NCBI GenBank assembly: GCA_008632985.1
Contig: QPGO01000010.1
Coordinates: 806,001 to 870,000 of the forward strand
Direction: 5' to 3'
DNA length: 64,000 nt
Origin: Psammoneis japonica
Taxonomy: Eukaryota
Shown here: piece after piece, positions 23,394 through 34,646 of the stretch
Layout: every line of letters starts with the position of its first letter
How positions within the stretch are numbered: the first letter of the stretch is position 1
Position numbers and translations under genes: made by a program
The notes under the pieces: generated by a model
The model's input: only the letters and a program-made list of their open reading frames with translations
The model's database searches: none
Told to the model about the DNA's origin: nothing

Positions 23394-25749
23394 CCAGTGC
23401 TTTTTTGTGAAGTTTTTGACAAGAACAACCAACCAGAGTTGCCAACTTGTTGTGCTGCAACTCAGCAGATGTTGCTGCAGAAATCTAAACTTGGTCAACA
23501 TGTGAAGAAGGAACAGGCCAAAAAAATGCTGGACACTGAATCTGTTTGCATTGCACAGCTGTGAAAGAAGCCAAAACCTCTTTCAACAAGCAAGACAAAG
23601 AAACAGCATGGCTGCAAGTCCAGAACACCAGCCAATGAGGAGAACATGGGGCTGCAACGAGCAAATGTGAGTCCAGTCATTCATCACTGGTGACGAGTCA
23701 CAATGACTCACAATGCATGCACCCCTCATCTTTCCAATGTGCCTTTCCTTGTCACCAACCATCTTCCAATGAAATGCTTTGCCAATGATGCACAACCAAG
23801 CACATTGTTGATCCCCCTCCCCCGCTTGCATTTGTGGTTGAATCACAGGAATTTTTGTGACAGTGCTGCTGTGTCCATCAACAACTCTTGCACTGGTTTA
23901 GAAGATGAAAGCAAGATGTGCTGTTTGCAATGAAAAACTGAGTGAGCACTCATGGAATGAGGCGCACAGCCCAAACAGGGAAACTTTGGTTGCCATGAAC
24001 AAGGAGATTGACAAAGAGATCTGGAGCTCCTTTGGCGCCATTGATGCAGGCTGGGTGACAACATTGTGCTCCGCAAATGCAATCAGCATGGCCTTGTCCC
24101 TCTGCAACAGAATTTGCACATCAATGATGCAACCCACTCCATTTCAAGATGCATCTCCAAACTTGCATGCATTGAAAAGCACCCAGACAGAGCTGCACAT
24201 TGTCAGTTTGGCACGCACAACTCAACTCAGCAGCACACAGCAACCACAGCACAAGAATTTTGCAGACTCACATGTGTTTGACAACGCCCAAGGAATTGGT
24301 GCTCACAAGAGATTGCAGTCATCTAGAAAACCGAGACAATCCATCACTGCCAACTGTGGTCAATGTGGACTCTGTTCTTGCCAGCAATGGAAAGCGATTG
24401 CTGGAAGAGCTCTGTTCCATCATGATGAAGTGGAGCACCCCACCAAGACTCAAGGAACACTTGCATCACCAACTTGTTGTTCTCCAGTCAGTGTGCCCAG
24501 TCTCTTGAGTGCACAAACTTGCCAATGAAGGGGAAAATGAAAGCAAAAGACAGCATCAACAAGCTGAGTTTGGATGTCCAATCAGCTCTTGCAGAAGCGC
24601 CACAGTCCACACATGTTGCTCTTGCCAACATGACAGGGAAAGGAATGGCATGTTCAAGGATCATTGGGTGCCAAAGGACCCACTGTGCTTGGAAGAACAA
24701 CAAGATTTTGAGAAGGCACTCAGCACAGGAAGGAGCAGAGGTTGTGTCAGAGCATTGTTTTGAGATGCTTGCCATGAACATGACTTGTGTTCTTGGTGAG
24801 GAATGGGGGGGCACATTGTGGAAGAAATGCACAGCTGCAATTGATTGCAAGGCAGGCTGTGGCACAACAATTGATGTGCCCAAGGTGGACACAACCACGC
24901 AACCTCATTTCACTGGTTTGAGAACAATGATCTCTGCGATGATGACAAAACAAATCAGATGGTTGAGTTGCTGGAAAAAAGGCACAAACAGTTGGCAGAG
25001 AGTGATGCCACAGAAGAAAAATGAAGGGAACATTTTTTGTGGGTGAGGAGGGAATCACAAAATTCTTGCTTGGGCTGCTGTGTTTTTTTCAAATGCACAA
25101 AGGAACATTTGTTTTTGAAACAATGGTGGATGCCAAGAACTTTGCACTGCACCTTGCAGCAGTGGGCAGCTGATTTTGGTGTTTCTGGCTAACAATGGTT
25201 TTTCAATCACAGTCAAGTTTTCAAGAAATCAGTTTTTAGACCACTTTCTCACCCTCCATGAGGTGCACAAGATGCATCCTTCCCTGTGCACAGCAAACTG
25301 TGCAACTTGGAAGCAAAGCACACAAGCCACAATTTGAAAGAAAGAAAAAGCAAGCACTTGAAATGGCACAGCTTCACCAGCAACAAATCATTGCAGAGCA
25401 CATTCTGATGTCATCTCTTCAGTGGTGGGCAATCATCACTGGGTTTTGGAGTTTGATTTGGGGGCCACTGGCTTTTGGCATTGGGCTTTCTGTTGGAGTT
25501 TCCAAAGAGTGCCGCTCTGGATTCCAAGTCACTTCACATGCATCACAGAGCAAACAAAGTGGCTGCCCTGTTTCCATGCTCATCCCAGCTGCCATGCAGG
25601 TTTCCCAAGTGGCTTTTTTGCAGCAACCAAAAAGGGTTGGTGTTCATGAGTGCACAACAAGCAACACAAGATTTTTAGAAATGGTCAACCCAACTTGTTG
25701 AATGAACTGAGGTGACAGGTGACAAGCAGCATGCTGCTGCTCATTCCCA

Positions 25750-27800
25750 GTGCCATTCACCATGCAAGTCAGGTGCATGAGCCATTGGGTCCAATCACAC
25801 TCCATTCAGTCAGACCCAACAACAATGCGGCATGCCAGAAGAGCTGGTGGGTCAGCCACCTCATGCACAAATTCTCCACTTTTGTCAAGGAGAGGCAAGA
25901 AGAACATGCATTCCCTCACAAGACTTGGGTTGTTCTTGAGATTTTCCCACTTGTCTGTGGAAAATTGCATTGCATGATTGAGTCCAAGGCACTTGGCACC
26001 AACACGAGTGGTCATTCGGTGCAGTTGGAAAACAACCTGGTGCATGTCACACTTGCAACAAGGAGCTGTGTTAGACTCAACCAATGCAGTGATGAGATTT
26101 CTGTTTTTGTGCAAGAGTCCTCCACAACCGCCCCAGCCATCAAATTGCCATTTGCCACAGCTTCTTGGAGAAAGCAGCATTGCATTCCCACATGCAGCAT
26201 TGGTCATCAAGCTTTCTGACAGGCTGTGGTTCTTCAACATGGAAGTGTGTTTGCAGCACACTGAGAATGCAAAAATTGATGATCATTTCCTGCTGACAGC
26301 AACCACCCTTCATGCAGCATTGTTGGAACAACTGGCTTGAGGTGGCACAGAAATCCCTCCACCCTGCCACTCCCTTCCCAGCACAAATGCAAGGGACCAA
26401 AAATGCTGGGTGCATTTGGAAGATTTAGAAGAGACAGGAAATTGTTCTTGCCTGTGAAAAAGCAGTCTTTGGTGACTGTTCTTGGCTTGTCATCAAGCAC
26501 ACAGAGCAAAGTGACAAGAACATTTTGATTTGCTGGTCCATCTCTTTCACAATCTCTGGTGTCATCTGGTTGGCTGGCTCTGGTTCCCAGTGCACTTCAT
26601 GCTCCATGTCTGCCAGGCAAAGCAGTGCCTCTCAAACAACTGATCTGCCCTCTGAGTTTGCTGTTGCTGTGCTTCTTGCACTTTGACCATGGACAGCAAA
26701 ACTTCTGAGCCTTGGGCAAAGTTGTTGCCAAACCTGCAACAGAAGGCAGAGTGCATGTGTTGCAACCTCAACCAGTGTCTGACAAAATCCTTCATGGTTG
26801 TCTTCACAATGCCTGGAATCTGCCAGAAGATGCACCATGATGTTGAGGAAAATGAATGTGTCAATGCCCAAATTCCCATGGAATGTGGCACAAGTCACCC
26901 ATGCCATCAGCATCAACACAGTTTGCAAGGTGGTTGATCTCATCACCGCTGAATGAACAATCCTTCAAAAACATTTTTGTGGTCTCTGTTGTCCACTCCT
27001 CTGATGAACACAAGTCTTTGTGGTGATCTCTGCTGCCTCACTGAACAAGTTGAAGTTTTGCATGTAAATGGACTTTTGCAGATCATTCCCTGGGTCAGAT
27101 GCAGCTGATGCTGGATGTGAAGATGGTGTGCTGCGATCAAGCAGGGAAGCACCAGGACCATCCATGTCACAATCAGCACAGGAGCCGTTGGGGCAAGGCA
27201 CATTTAGACCATCAAGATGTCTCTCTCTGCTTGGAGTGGAGTGTGCATGTTGCCAACAAGCAACTGTGAAAGCAGGAGGTGTGAGTTGAAGATGAGAGCC
27301 TTGCTTGGGACAGTCTTGCAACATGGCAAGCAGCTCTGCTGCTGCTTGAACCATGGTGCCAGTCTTGTGACAGCAAAGTTGGTGAGGATTGCTTGGGTCA
27401 CACAATTGGTTGAGTTCATCATGGAAGCAACCCCACATCAGCTGATGGCCAGTCCTTTTGTTGCCAAGAGAAAACAAAAATGAGTTGTTGTTGGTCTGCA
27501 ATCAACCATCACAACTTCAGCATGCATTGAAGTGAGGCTCAATTGTTGGAAAGGGTGTGTGTCATCTGCCCACACAAACACTGGGAGAACTGGCACAGCT
27601 GATGGGGTGCCACTCAGTTGAGTGGCAGCAACAATTTGCTGTGCTTGCTCAGTCTGACAGATGGAGCTGGTTGCACTGTCCTCTGCTTTCTCCACCGGCA
27701 CAATGAGTGGTTCAATGTTGCGTGACAGTCCAAGCACACATGAGACAGCATCTGAAACAAAGAGTGGCATGCATGCCCATGCATGTCAATGCCAACAGGT
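25750..27800 (-). pseudogene. Decayed CMC/EnSpm(Plavaka)-like DNA transposase
   Basis: Ordered remnant motifs across frames: VFVWADD, LQDCPK, GIVKT, NFLSLLNLP...FGPLHLCWEG...EGF...KP; boundaries approximate. Confidence 0.5.
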
Positions 27801-29234
27801 GTTGGCAGATCAGCGCACATGCTGGCCCACTTGCCCCCCAGAGTGCATGAGCATGCACCTCTTATGATGTTGGTGAGTGCAGGGTGTGTGCAGACCATTG
27901 TGTCTGTTTCAGGCAGATTTGTGATGCTGCAGATGAAGCTGCTGGGTGGCCAATGCAAATGAGATGATGGAAGGAGCTGCACCATCATGGCTGGCTTCAT
28001 CATCTGATGAATGTTGCAACAATGACAGCAAATCATGCTGGTCATCTTAACTTGCTGGAGTGACCAGGCCACCAAATGTTCAACTTTGCTGCCCAAGTCT
28101 CCACTTGAATTGCCAACAAATCATGCCATGGGAGCACCCTCAATGTGAGAAAACAACAAGGGATCATCATGCATGAGCACAAATGGGGCAGGAGAAGAGC
28201 TGGCATCTTGGGTCACCAAGAGCCAATGGGTGGCATTCATGCCAAAAAAACCTGGAGGAACAGAGCCAACATTGTTGCCATCTTGTGAGGGGCCATTGAA
28301 TGATGAAAAATCACCATCTTTGAATGAAGCAGGGGAGGCAACAACTGTGCTGGCTGAAGCAAGAGCAGGGTGGGTGCAGCAGTGGCAATTTTCATTGTGG
28401 CAGAGGAGAGCACATTGCTGAGACCTTGAGTGAAAGCAACCCACAACTGGTTTGCAAAACTGTTGGCATGAGTCACAAGCAAGTGTGGCAAAAACACCAA
28501 GCAGATGTGGTGCGTCCCCCACAAAGAAAATGAAGAAACCAGGGAAAATCGCCAAACCCGCCAAGGTGCACTTCCCACTGGTGTCTGCCACATGTGTGCT
28601 GCAATTGGGACAATCTTCAAAATAATTTGGTGCATTGTGACTGCCAAGGCCCAGCAAAGTGCAGGAGAAACAGTTGGCATGAGCGACAGCCCAGAAGGTG
28701 GAGCGCCAGCATGCCACTAAGATCAGCATCAGAGCACGATGCCATCATGTGCATCACAGCAAAACACAGTGTCAGCCAGCAGTCCAGTGAGTTGGACACA
28801 TTGTGGGGTGCACTGGCAGCACAAATGGAAGATGTGTTTTCAAAGGGTTGCAGTGTGTGCATCACAGGCAACGGGGGTGAGGAAGCAGCAGGTCACGAGC
28901 TCCTCGCTGCAGGCAGGGGGGGTGAGTGGGGGAAGACTCTGATCCAGATGAGGGGCACACCACTGGTGTGGGGGAACAAGTGACATTTGTTGCTGGTGTG
29001 TGGGGAATGAATTTACTGGCAGGGCCCATTGCAGGTAAAATGCCAGAAATAAGAAATGAACACTGTAACAGGAGAGGGAACCAGCAATGGCGCATGCATG
29101 CAATAAGTTTGGTGGCGGAAAGCACGCGCGCTTGTATCCGGTAAGACCGCGCCCACAAAAAACTTGCCTCAGCCCTCATACCGTAGCCCTCCAGCATCAG
29201 CAACAAAAAACATTGAATAGGCCAACCGGTGTAT

Positions 29235-29521
29235 GAAAAGAACCCACAATGGCGGTCGTTGACTGTGACCATGCGTGACCACGTGGTCACGCTCGCGTGA
29301 CCGCCGTGACCACGTGGTCACGAACGATTGAGAAACGGTCCTCAGAAGAAGTTTTCAAACGGAGCGCAAAACGTGACAAACGCATCTGCTCGAACCATAT
29401 GAACGCATCTGCTCGAACCATGAAAAAACTCGATGTTGCCACACACTGCCCGTTACCACAAGTCATTCATTGACAACTGAAATGGTCAAGATCGAATCCC
29501 AGCGCCAAAGGGAATGCAGGA
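29235..29521 (+). repeat. Direct duplicate of 30587-30857 (upstream region + first ~13 codons of the 30818 ORF)
   Basis: Near-identical from GAAAAGAACCCACAATGG to GGGAATGCAGGA, with an internal ~22-bp re-duplication. Confidence 0.9.
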
Positions 29522-29726
29522 TCCTCCCTACCGTGACAGAATGAGCTGTTCCTTACGTACAGTAGACGCAGCAGTTGTCGCTACCTGCCGCTCAGTCCAT
29601 TCATTGTAATGAATTGGACGGATTTGGGAGAATGTTGGCACTGCAAAGACTAAACTAAATTTATGTTTATGAGTATGAACGCAAATCGCTAAAAGCCATG
29701 CCACGATGATTAGGAATAACTAAGTA

Positions 29727-29851
29727 TAGTCAAGCTCTGGCTCTCTAGATAGGAGTGCGCAGTAGGAGAGGCTGAATGCCAGGATTGAATAGTCAAGCTC
29801 TGGCTCTCTAGCTAACAGTGTGCAGTAGGAGAGACTGAATGCCGAGATGAA
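29727..29851. repeat. 63-bp tandem duplication
   Basis: TAGTCAAGCTCTGGCTCTCTAG...GCAGTAGGAGAG.CTGAATGCC x2. Confidence 0.85.
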
Positions 29852-30625
29852 GCTTTTAGAGTTTGAGAGAGACAGAGAATTCGACAAACAAGGATTGTCT
29901 TGGACGGCTCTTGGTTTTACGCCCCGCAATCGTTGTTTAAATTATGTTGGTCCTTCGAGCTAAACAACCGAACGCACCCAATACCGTTGAGGCATCAATT
30001 TCAATCCTGAGTTTTTAAAATGACTGCAAGAGGAAAACACAACTTTGGTGAGCTTCTCTTGAAGTGTTCCCGCGTCAAGGATGAGGTACATTGGAAGCGG
30101 CGTCCGTAGTCGGCGGTTCGGCTTCCACGGGGTAGTGCTTCTTTGAGCTGCTTGCAAAGCTCGGTCTGGAGCTTTTTATCCTTCCAGAGTTCGCTGCTGC
30201 TATTCTTGAGACGATCAGCCTTGATTCCACGAAGTTTCGCCGACTAAACAGGCAATTTGGATCCCGCGGGCAACGAAAGCAGAGTGCGCCCTGCACTGCG
30301 AACACCGTCGACGATGGCATCACGTACACCGTTTTCTGGCAAGCTGCTTCCCCTGCCACTCGTAGAAGGCGTAATTGTTCGAGTGTTAGGCGTTGCACAC
30401 ATTGTAGCGGAAAATACGGAAGCCCCGGGAGCCGTCTAAAATTGCCATCGTCATCGGCATCAAATTCGGGCGAAAAAAATTGAAAATTGAAAATATCGTA
30501 CCTCTAACGCACAGACAGACAGAAGTACAGTACCCTACAACTACCAGTAGAGCACACTGTATTTTGTGTATTGATTTACTCGCAACGAAAAGAACCCACA
30601 ATGGCGGTCGTTGACTGTGACCATG

Positions 30626-30674
30626 CGTGACCACGTGGTCACGCTGCGTTTTCCAGCGTGACCACGTGGTCACG
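30626..30674. repeat. Nested palindrome: 21-bp perfect inverted repeat whose arms each contain the 18-bp palindrome CGTGACCACGTGGTCACG
   Basis: CGTGACCACGTGGTCACGCTG-cgttttc-CAGCGTGACCACGTGGTCACG. Confidence 0.9.
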
Positions 30675-30817
30675 TGGTCACAAACGAGTGAGAAACGGTC
30701 CTCAGAAGAAGTTTTCAAACGGAGCGCAACACCTGACAAACGTATCTGCTCGAACCATGAAAAACTCGATGTTGCCACAAACTGCCCGTTACCACAAGTC
30801 ATTCATTGACAACTACA

Positions 30818-31840
30818 ATGGTCAAGACCGAAGCCCAGCGCCAAAGGGAATGCAGGAGCCGCAAGCAGGCAAAAGATCCGAATTACAACCGAAAGCGTGC
30901 TGACAAAGAAAAGAAGCGTCGCAAGGAGAAGAAGGAGCAACAGTTACGGGATCCACTCGCCATGTCCGATTTGATTTTGAAGCACCAAGCAAAGGAGCGA
31001 GAAGACTTTCTGGAGCACCAAGCAAAGGAGCACAAAGACATTCTGGAGCACCAAGCAAAGGAGCACAAAGAACTTTTGTCAAGGGTGTCTAAACAAGGCA
31101 ACAAAGCTCGAAAGTATGTCACTAATTTGTTTGGTATGGCCGTGGTGGGTCCATACGGTTCCGATCGGGTATTGAAGCCCAATACTAAGGAGAATCAAGA
31201 TCATGTATACGATCTGTCAGAAGGCGAGATTCGTGAGAACGAAACCTTGTGCGAAGACGGATATACTACAGATTGTGAAGAGCAGAGCCATGCCAGTGAT
31301 TTCAGCAGGTTCAATCGTCGCCGGAAACGGAAATGGGGTCACGACAACATCACTTTCCCTTTGACGGAGGATTCTAAAGCGATCCATGTAGATTTCTATA
31401 ATGACAGAGACCTCTCTACAGTTGGATCAAAGGTTTGCCACGAGGCCTTTGAAACATACGTGCCCGGTTTGAAACGCACGAGCGGCCTTGGCAAGATCCT
31501 CCAACAAGTCGAGGATCGATTGGAACCACCAGAGCTTTTGGAGGACCTGCAGTACATTGCCTGGGGTCGTAGCAAGCTTCAGCACCAGAAGTGGGTGTAC
31601 CGCTTGGACGACCGGCGGATGTACGCAGAAACTTTAATGCGTGTCATGCATCACCTCTGCCCCAACTGGACCTTGCATCCATACAACCCCGAAGCGGAAC
31701 GCCTAGAAAAACTTCTCGATGATCGAGACGCAAAGATTGCGCGGCTTGAGCAAGAGCTCGCCCTAGCCTACCAAGATGATTTCGAGTGCGAGTACGGCCG
31801 ACCGGGGAAGCGCCGCCGCAATCAGGGATCCTATTACTAA
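30818..31840 (+). CDS. Hypothetical protein (340 aa) with a basic N-terminal helix, three 11-aa repeats and NLS-like clusters
   Basis: Intronless ORF; EAQRQRECRSRK...EKKRRKEKK; L(K/E)HQAKE x3 (33-bp period); RRRKRK, KRRR. Confidence 0.6.
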   Translation: MVKTEAQRQRECRSRKQAKDPNYNRKRADKEKKRRKEKKEQQLRDPLAMSDLILKHQAKEREDFLEHQAKEHKDILEHQAKEHKELLSRVSKQGNKARKYVTNLFGMAVVGPYGSDRVLKPNTKENQDHVYDLSEGEIRENETLCEDGYTTDCEEQSHASDFSRFNRRRKRKWGHDNITFPLTEDSKAIHVDFYNDRDLSTVGSKVCHEAFETYVPGLKRTSGLGKILQQVEDRLEPPELLEDLQYIAWGRSKLQHQKWVYRLDDRRMYAETLMRVMHHLCPNWTLHPYNPEAERLEKLLDDRDAKIARLEQELALAYQDDFECEYGRPGKRRRNQGSYY

Positions 31841-33959
31841 TTATCTTCATCTGCTGATGCTCCTACTGTACTGTAATAATGTTTCTATAACCAACACCGT
31901 TAGATGACTGCATCATTCGTGTTTCATTTGCTTTCGATTACATGTGTTGTCTCACACTATCGTGAAGTAAAAAGAGTCAATAGCGGATAACTTTTCGATG
32001 AAGTATAAACCTTGTCCCGCCGATCGTTATGATGAAAATTGAATTCATGACAGCTTGCTTGAGAGTCAGGAACCCAAAGTTTGCCGTCTTGACCCTGCTT
32101 GTGGGCTGCTTGATATCCTGTGCATCCAAAAAGGATGATTCAGAGGAGTCGGAGATGGAATCATCTGAATCACTTTCTTCGTGGTAACTGTCTGAGCTGT
32201 CCGCGCTTGTGGTAAAGAAAGACGGCGGAGGAGACGAGGCCGGTTGACCCTCTGGAATTTCTGGTCAAACTTGCAACCCACCCTCCTCACTGAATTGCCG
32301 CTCCCTGGTGGGTCTAACCGACGGATTTGGATTATTCGCATTGAGTATGTCACTCCCGATGTCCAACGAAGCGTGTCGGACATGTCTCTGCTGATGGTGC
32401 ATGATTCTTGCTGTCACAGGGGATCCCAACGCCATTGGTGATGCAGCTTGCCAGAAGTCGTTGTCAGCGGTGGCGAGATAAGTGTAGAATCGTTTCTTCC
32501 AGTGTTTCCAGTCACATACAAACACGATCCTTGACTGTTCACGCCACTACCACTGAACTGGCTTGGCTCTGACTGTTGAGAATCATAGCTTCCTCCAAGA
32601 TGAACTGGACCTGGTAACTGACTGTATTCCGCGGGCTCCGGTCTCTGATGCAATCCTGGTGTCTCCATATTACCGGGAGGCCTATGGCTCTTTTCGGCAC
32701 CCCCATACACCGCCTGGTGGGGTTGAGTGTTCGCATTCTGCGGCCCCTCAGAAATTAATTTCGATGCAGACGATAATGATGAAGGGCTGTTCACAGAATT
32801 GATTTTGACACCAGCCTTTCGTGTTTCATTCGACGACGCTTTCCAATGCTTTCAGTCGATTACAGTTGTTGATGCACGTGTCAACTCGATTGGCCTTTGC
32901 TTCTTCTCGAGAAACGTCATAAGCGACACTGCAAGGTTAGAGCCGAGAAACAATCCTATACGGGCAACTCCAAAATAGATGAAAAACGAGCATATGACCT
33001 TTGCGCCATCTGGTACCGAGGACATCAGGTGTGCTACTCTTACCTGCAGGCCAAAGATACGAAGCGATGCAATCACGTTGTAGATGAAGATATAAAAAGC
33101 GAGATAGCCAGCAGGGCTGTTTTGTGTTGGAGCTGCAGCTGTGTCGAAAGATGCTATCTGACGTGCTTCACAACGAGGACAAACAAACACCGAAGTTGTT
33201 GCCAGCGCCGGCGGTGGCGAGGTTACTGTAGAGTCGTTACCGTATAATAGACTGTGTATTCGCTCTTTCCCGATTCACGTGCTCATTCAATGCTTTATTA
33301 CCAACGCCTTCTCCTGGGTCTGAAACCATGAAAGCCCAACACTTTGTTGCCGTAGGGCTTAAGTGATAAAGAAAGGCAGCGGCATCATCCGGTATATTAT
33401 TTTGAGTTCAAAAAGTATATCATTTCCATAATGATTCATCGTGCCATTTATATGCTTCCGCTCAAGGTCGTTGTGCTGAAGCCAATTGTCGTGATCCTTC
33501 GACGAAACTACCACCTGCACCATGTTCACTTTCACCTGGTTTACATGCGATAAAGTGGTATTGTGTATAGTCCAAAATGGCGGCTGTCCCTAGAGCTGAG
33601 GCTGGCTGTCCCGCCTGCCTGAAAGCGAGGTTCCCGCTCGAGTTGGGGACGGCCCGACATCTGCGCGTGGTGACAGTGGTTGTCGGGTAGGCGATGATAT
33701 ATTTGCAGAGCAGATTCATCCAGGTTACCAACCAGTTGATGATTCTGTGGTCTGAAGAAGTGCTCAGTGTTTCCGATAAACTGTCTTGAGGTGAAAGAAT
33801 GGTATTTCCCGTCATGGACGGTTGTTCTGAACCCTCTTTGCTGGCCGACTGCTCGCTCACAAAGCAGTGGCTGCCATCGTCTTCCTCTGCTGGTTGACGA
33901 CCGTTTCCACTTGTTTATCGCTCATTGCTCGACTTAATCACACAAACATTTGTAACATT

Positions 33960-34590
33960 TGTTTTTCTCATCAGAGGAACTGCCAGTGCTTTCGTCGCCT
34001 CCTTCTCCTTCTTCAGAAGCGTTTGTGTTTGAAGATTGACTGATGGAACTTGAGACTTTGCTCAGGGGACAAAACCTTTCCCTCCTGCAACTCCACTTTG
34101 CTCATGAAAGCTCAATGAAAAGCTCAATGCAATTGCAAGAAATGCAGGCAACAAAACCGAACAAGGAAGGAGCGCGGTGCTGCTCTCGCGCGAGACTTGT
34201 GGAGTTCCACACCGCTTGTGGTGGCGGCATTGTGCAGAATGACTTGTGAACGAGTTTTTGTTCAAAGTTCACCAACACAGCAAGAGAGCTCCTTGTAATT
34301 CGAGAAACGCCATGAAGAGAAGACAGCAATAACTTTGGACTCTTCAATCTGCGATGGCCGCCATGGCGATGGCTTTGCATGCATGATGAAACACATCAAA
34401 GCGCGATCATCGGAGGGGTGCGCGCCGGTGCGGATCTCTCCGTGATTGGTGCTTGTGCTTTCAGCGCGAAAACCGCGCGATTTACTGACGCACTGACGAC
34501 TGCCACCTGCCAAAGAAAGTGGACGACGACGATGTTGTGAGGAAAAGCAAAAAGCAAACTCTGAGGAAAGAGAAACGTTGACAAGCTTTG
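33960..34590. other. Small TpA-depleted patch (probable repeat remnant)
   Basis: About 3 TA in 630 bp; CpG retained. Confidence 0.5.
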
Positions 34591-34646
34591 AGTTTTTACT
34601 TGGTGCAACGTATCCTTGCTATTGAGTAAACGGCAAAGATTCGAAA

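Larger units (their letters stand above)
19050..29010. other. 10-kb TpA/CpG-depleted block of decayed nested transposons
   Basis: About 18 TA in 10 kb by eye, with sharp return to normal TA frequency on both sides. Confidence 0.85.

Noticed and set aside
19060..29000. Dozens of 60-200 aa ORFs in the ORF track
   Set aside because: Explained by loss of TAA/TAG stop codons; overlapping on all frames, almost Tyr-free, with no recognisable domains
29274..30674. CRISPR-like array from repeated palindromes
   Set aside because: Only two pairs, arising from a local duplication; no regular spacers, no cas genes, eukaryotic context
32060..33860. Possible fragmented gene(s)
   Set aside because: Short ORFs in several frames with no motif I can recognise; not enough support to call
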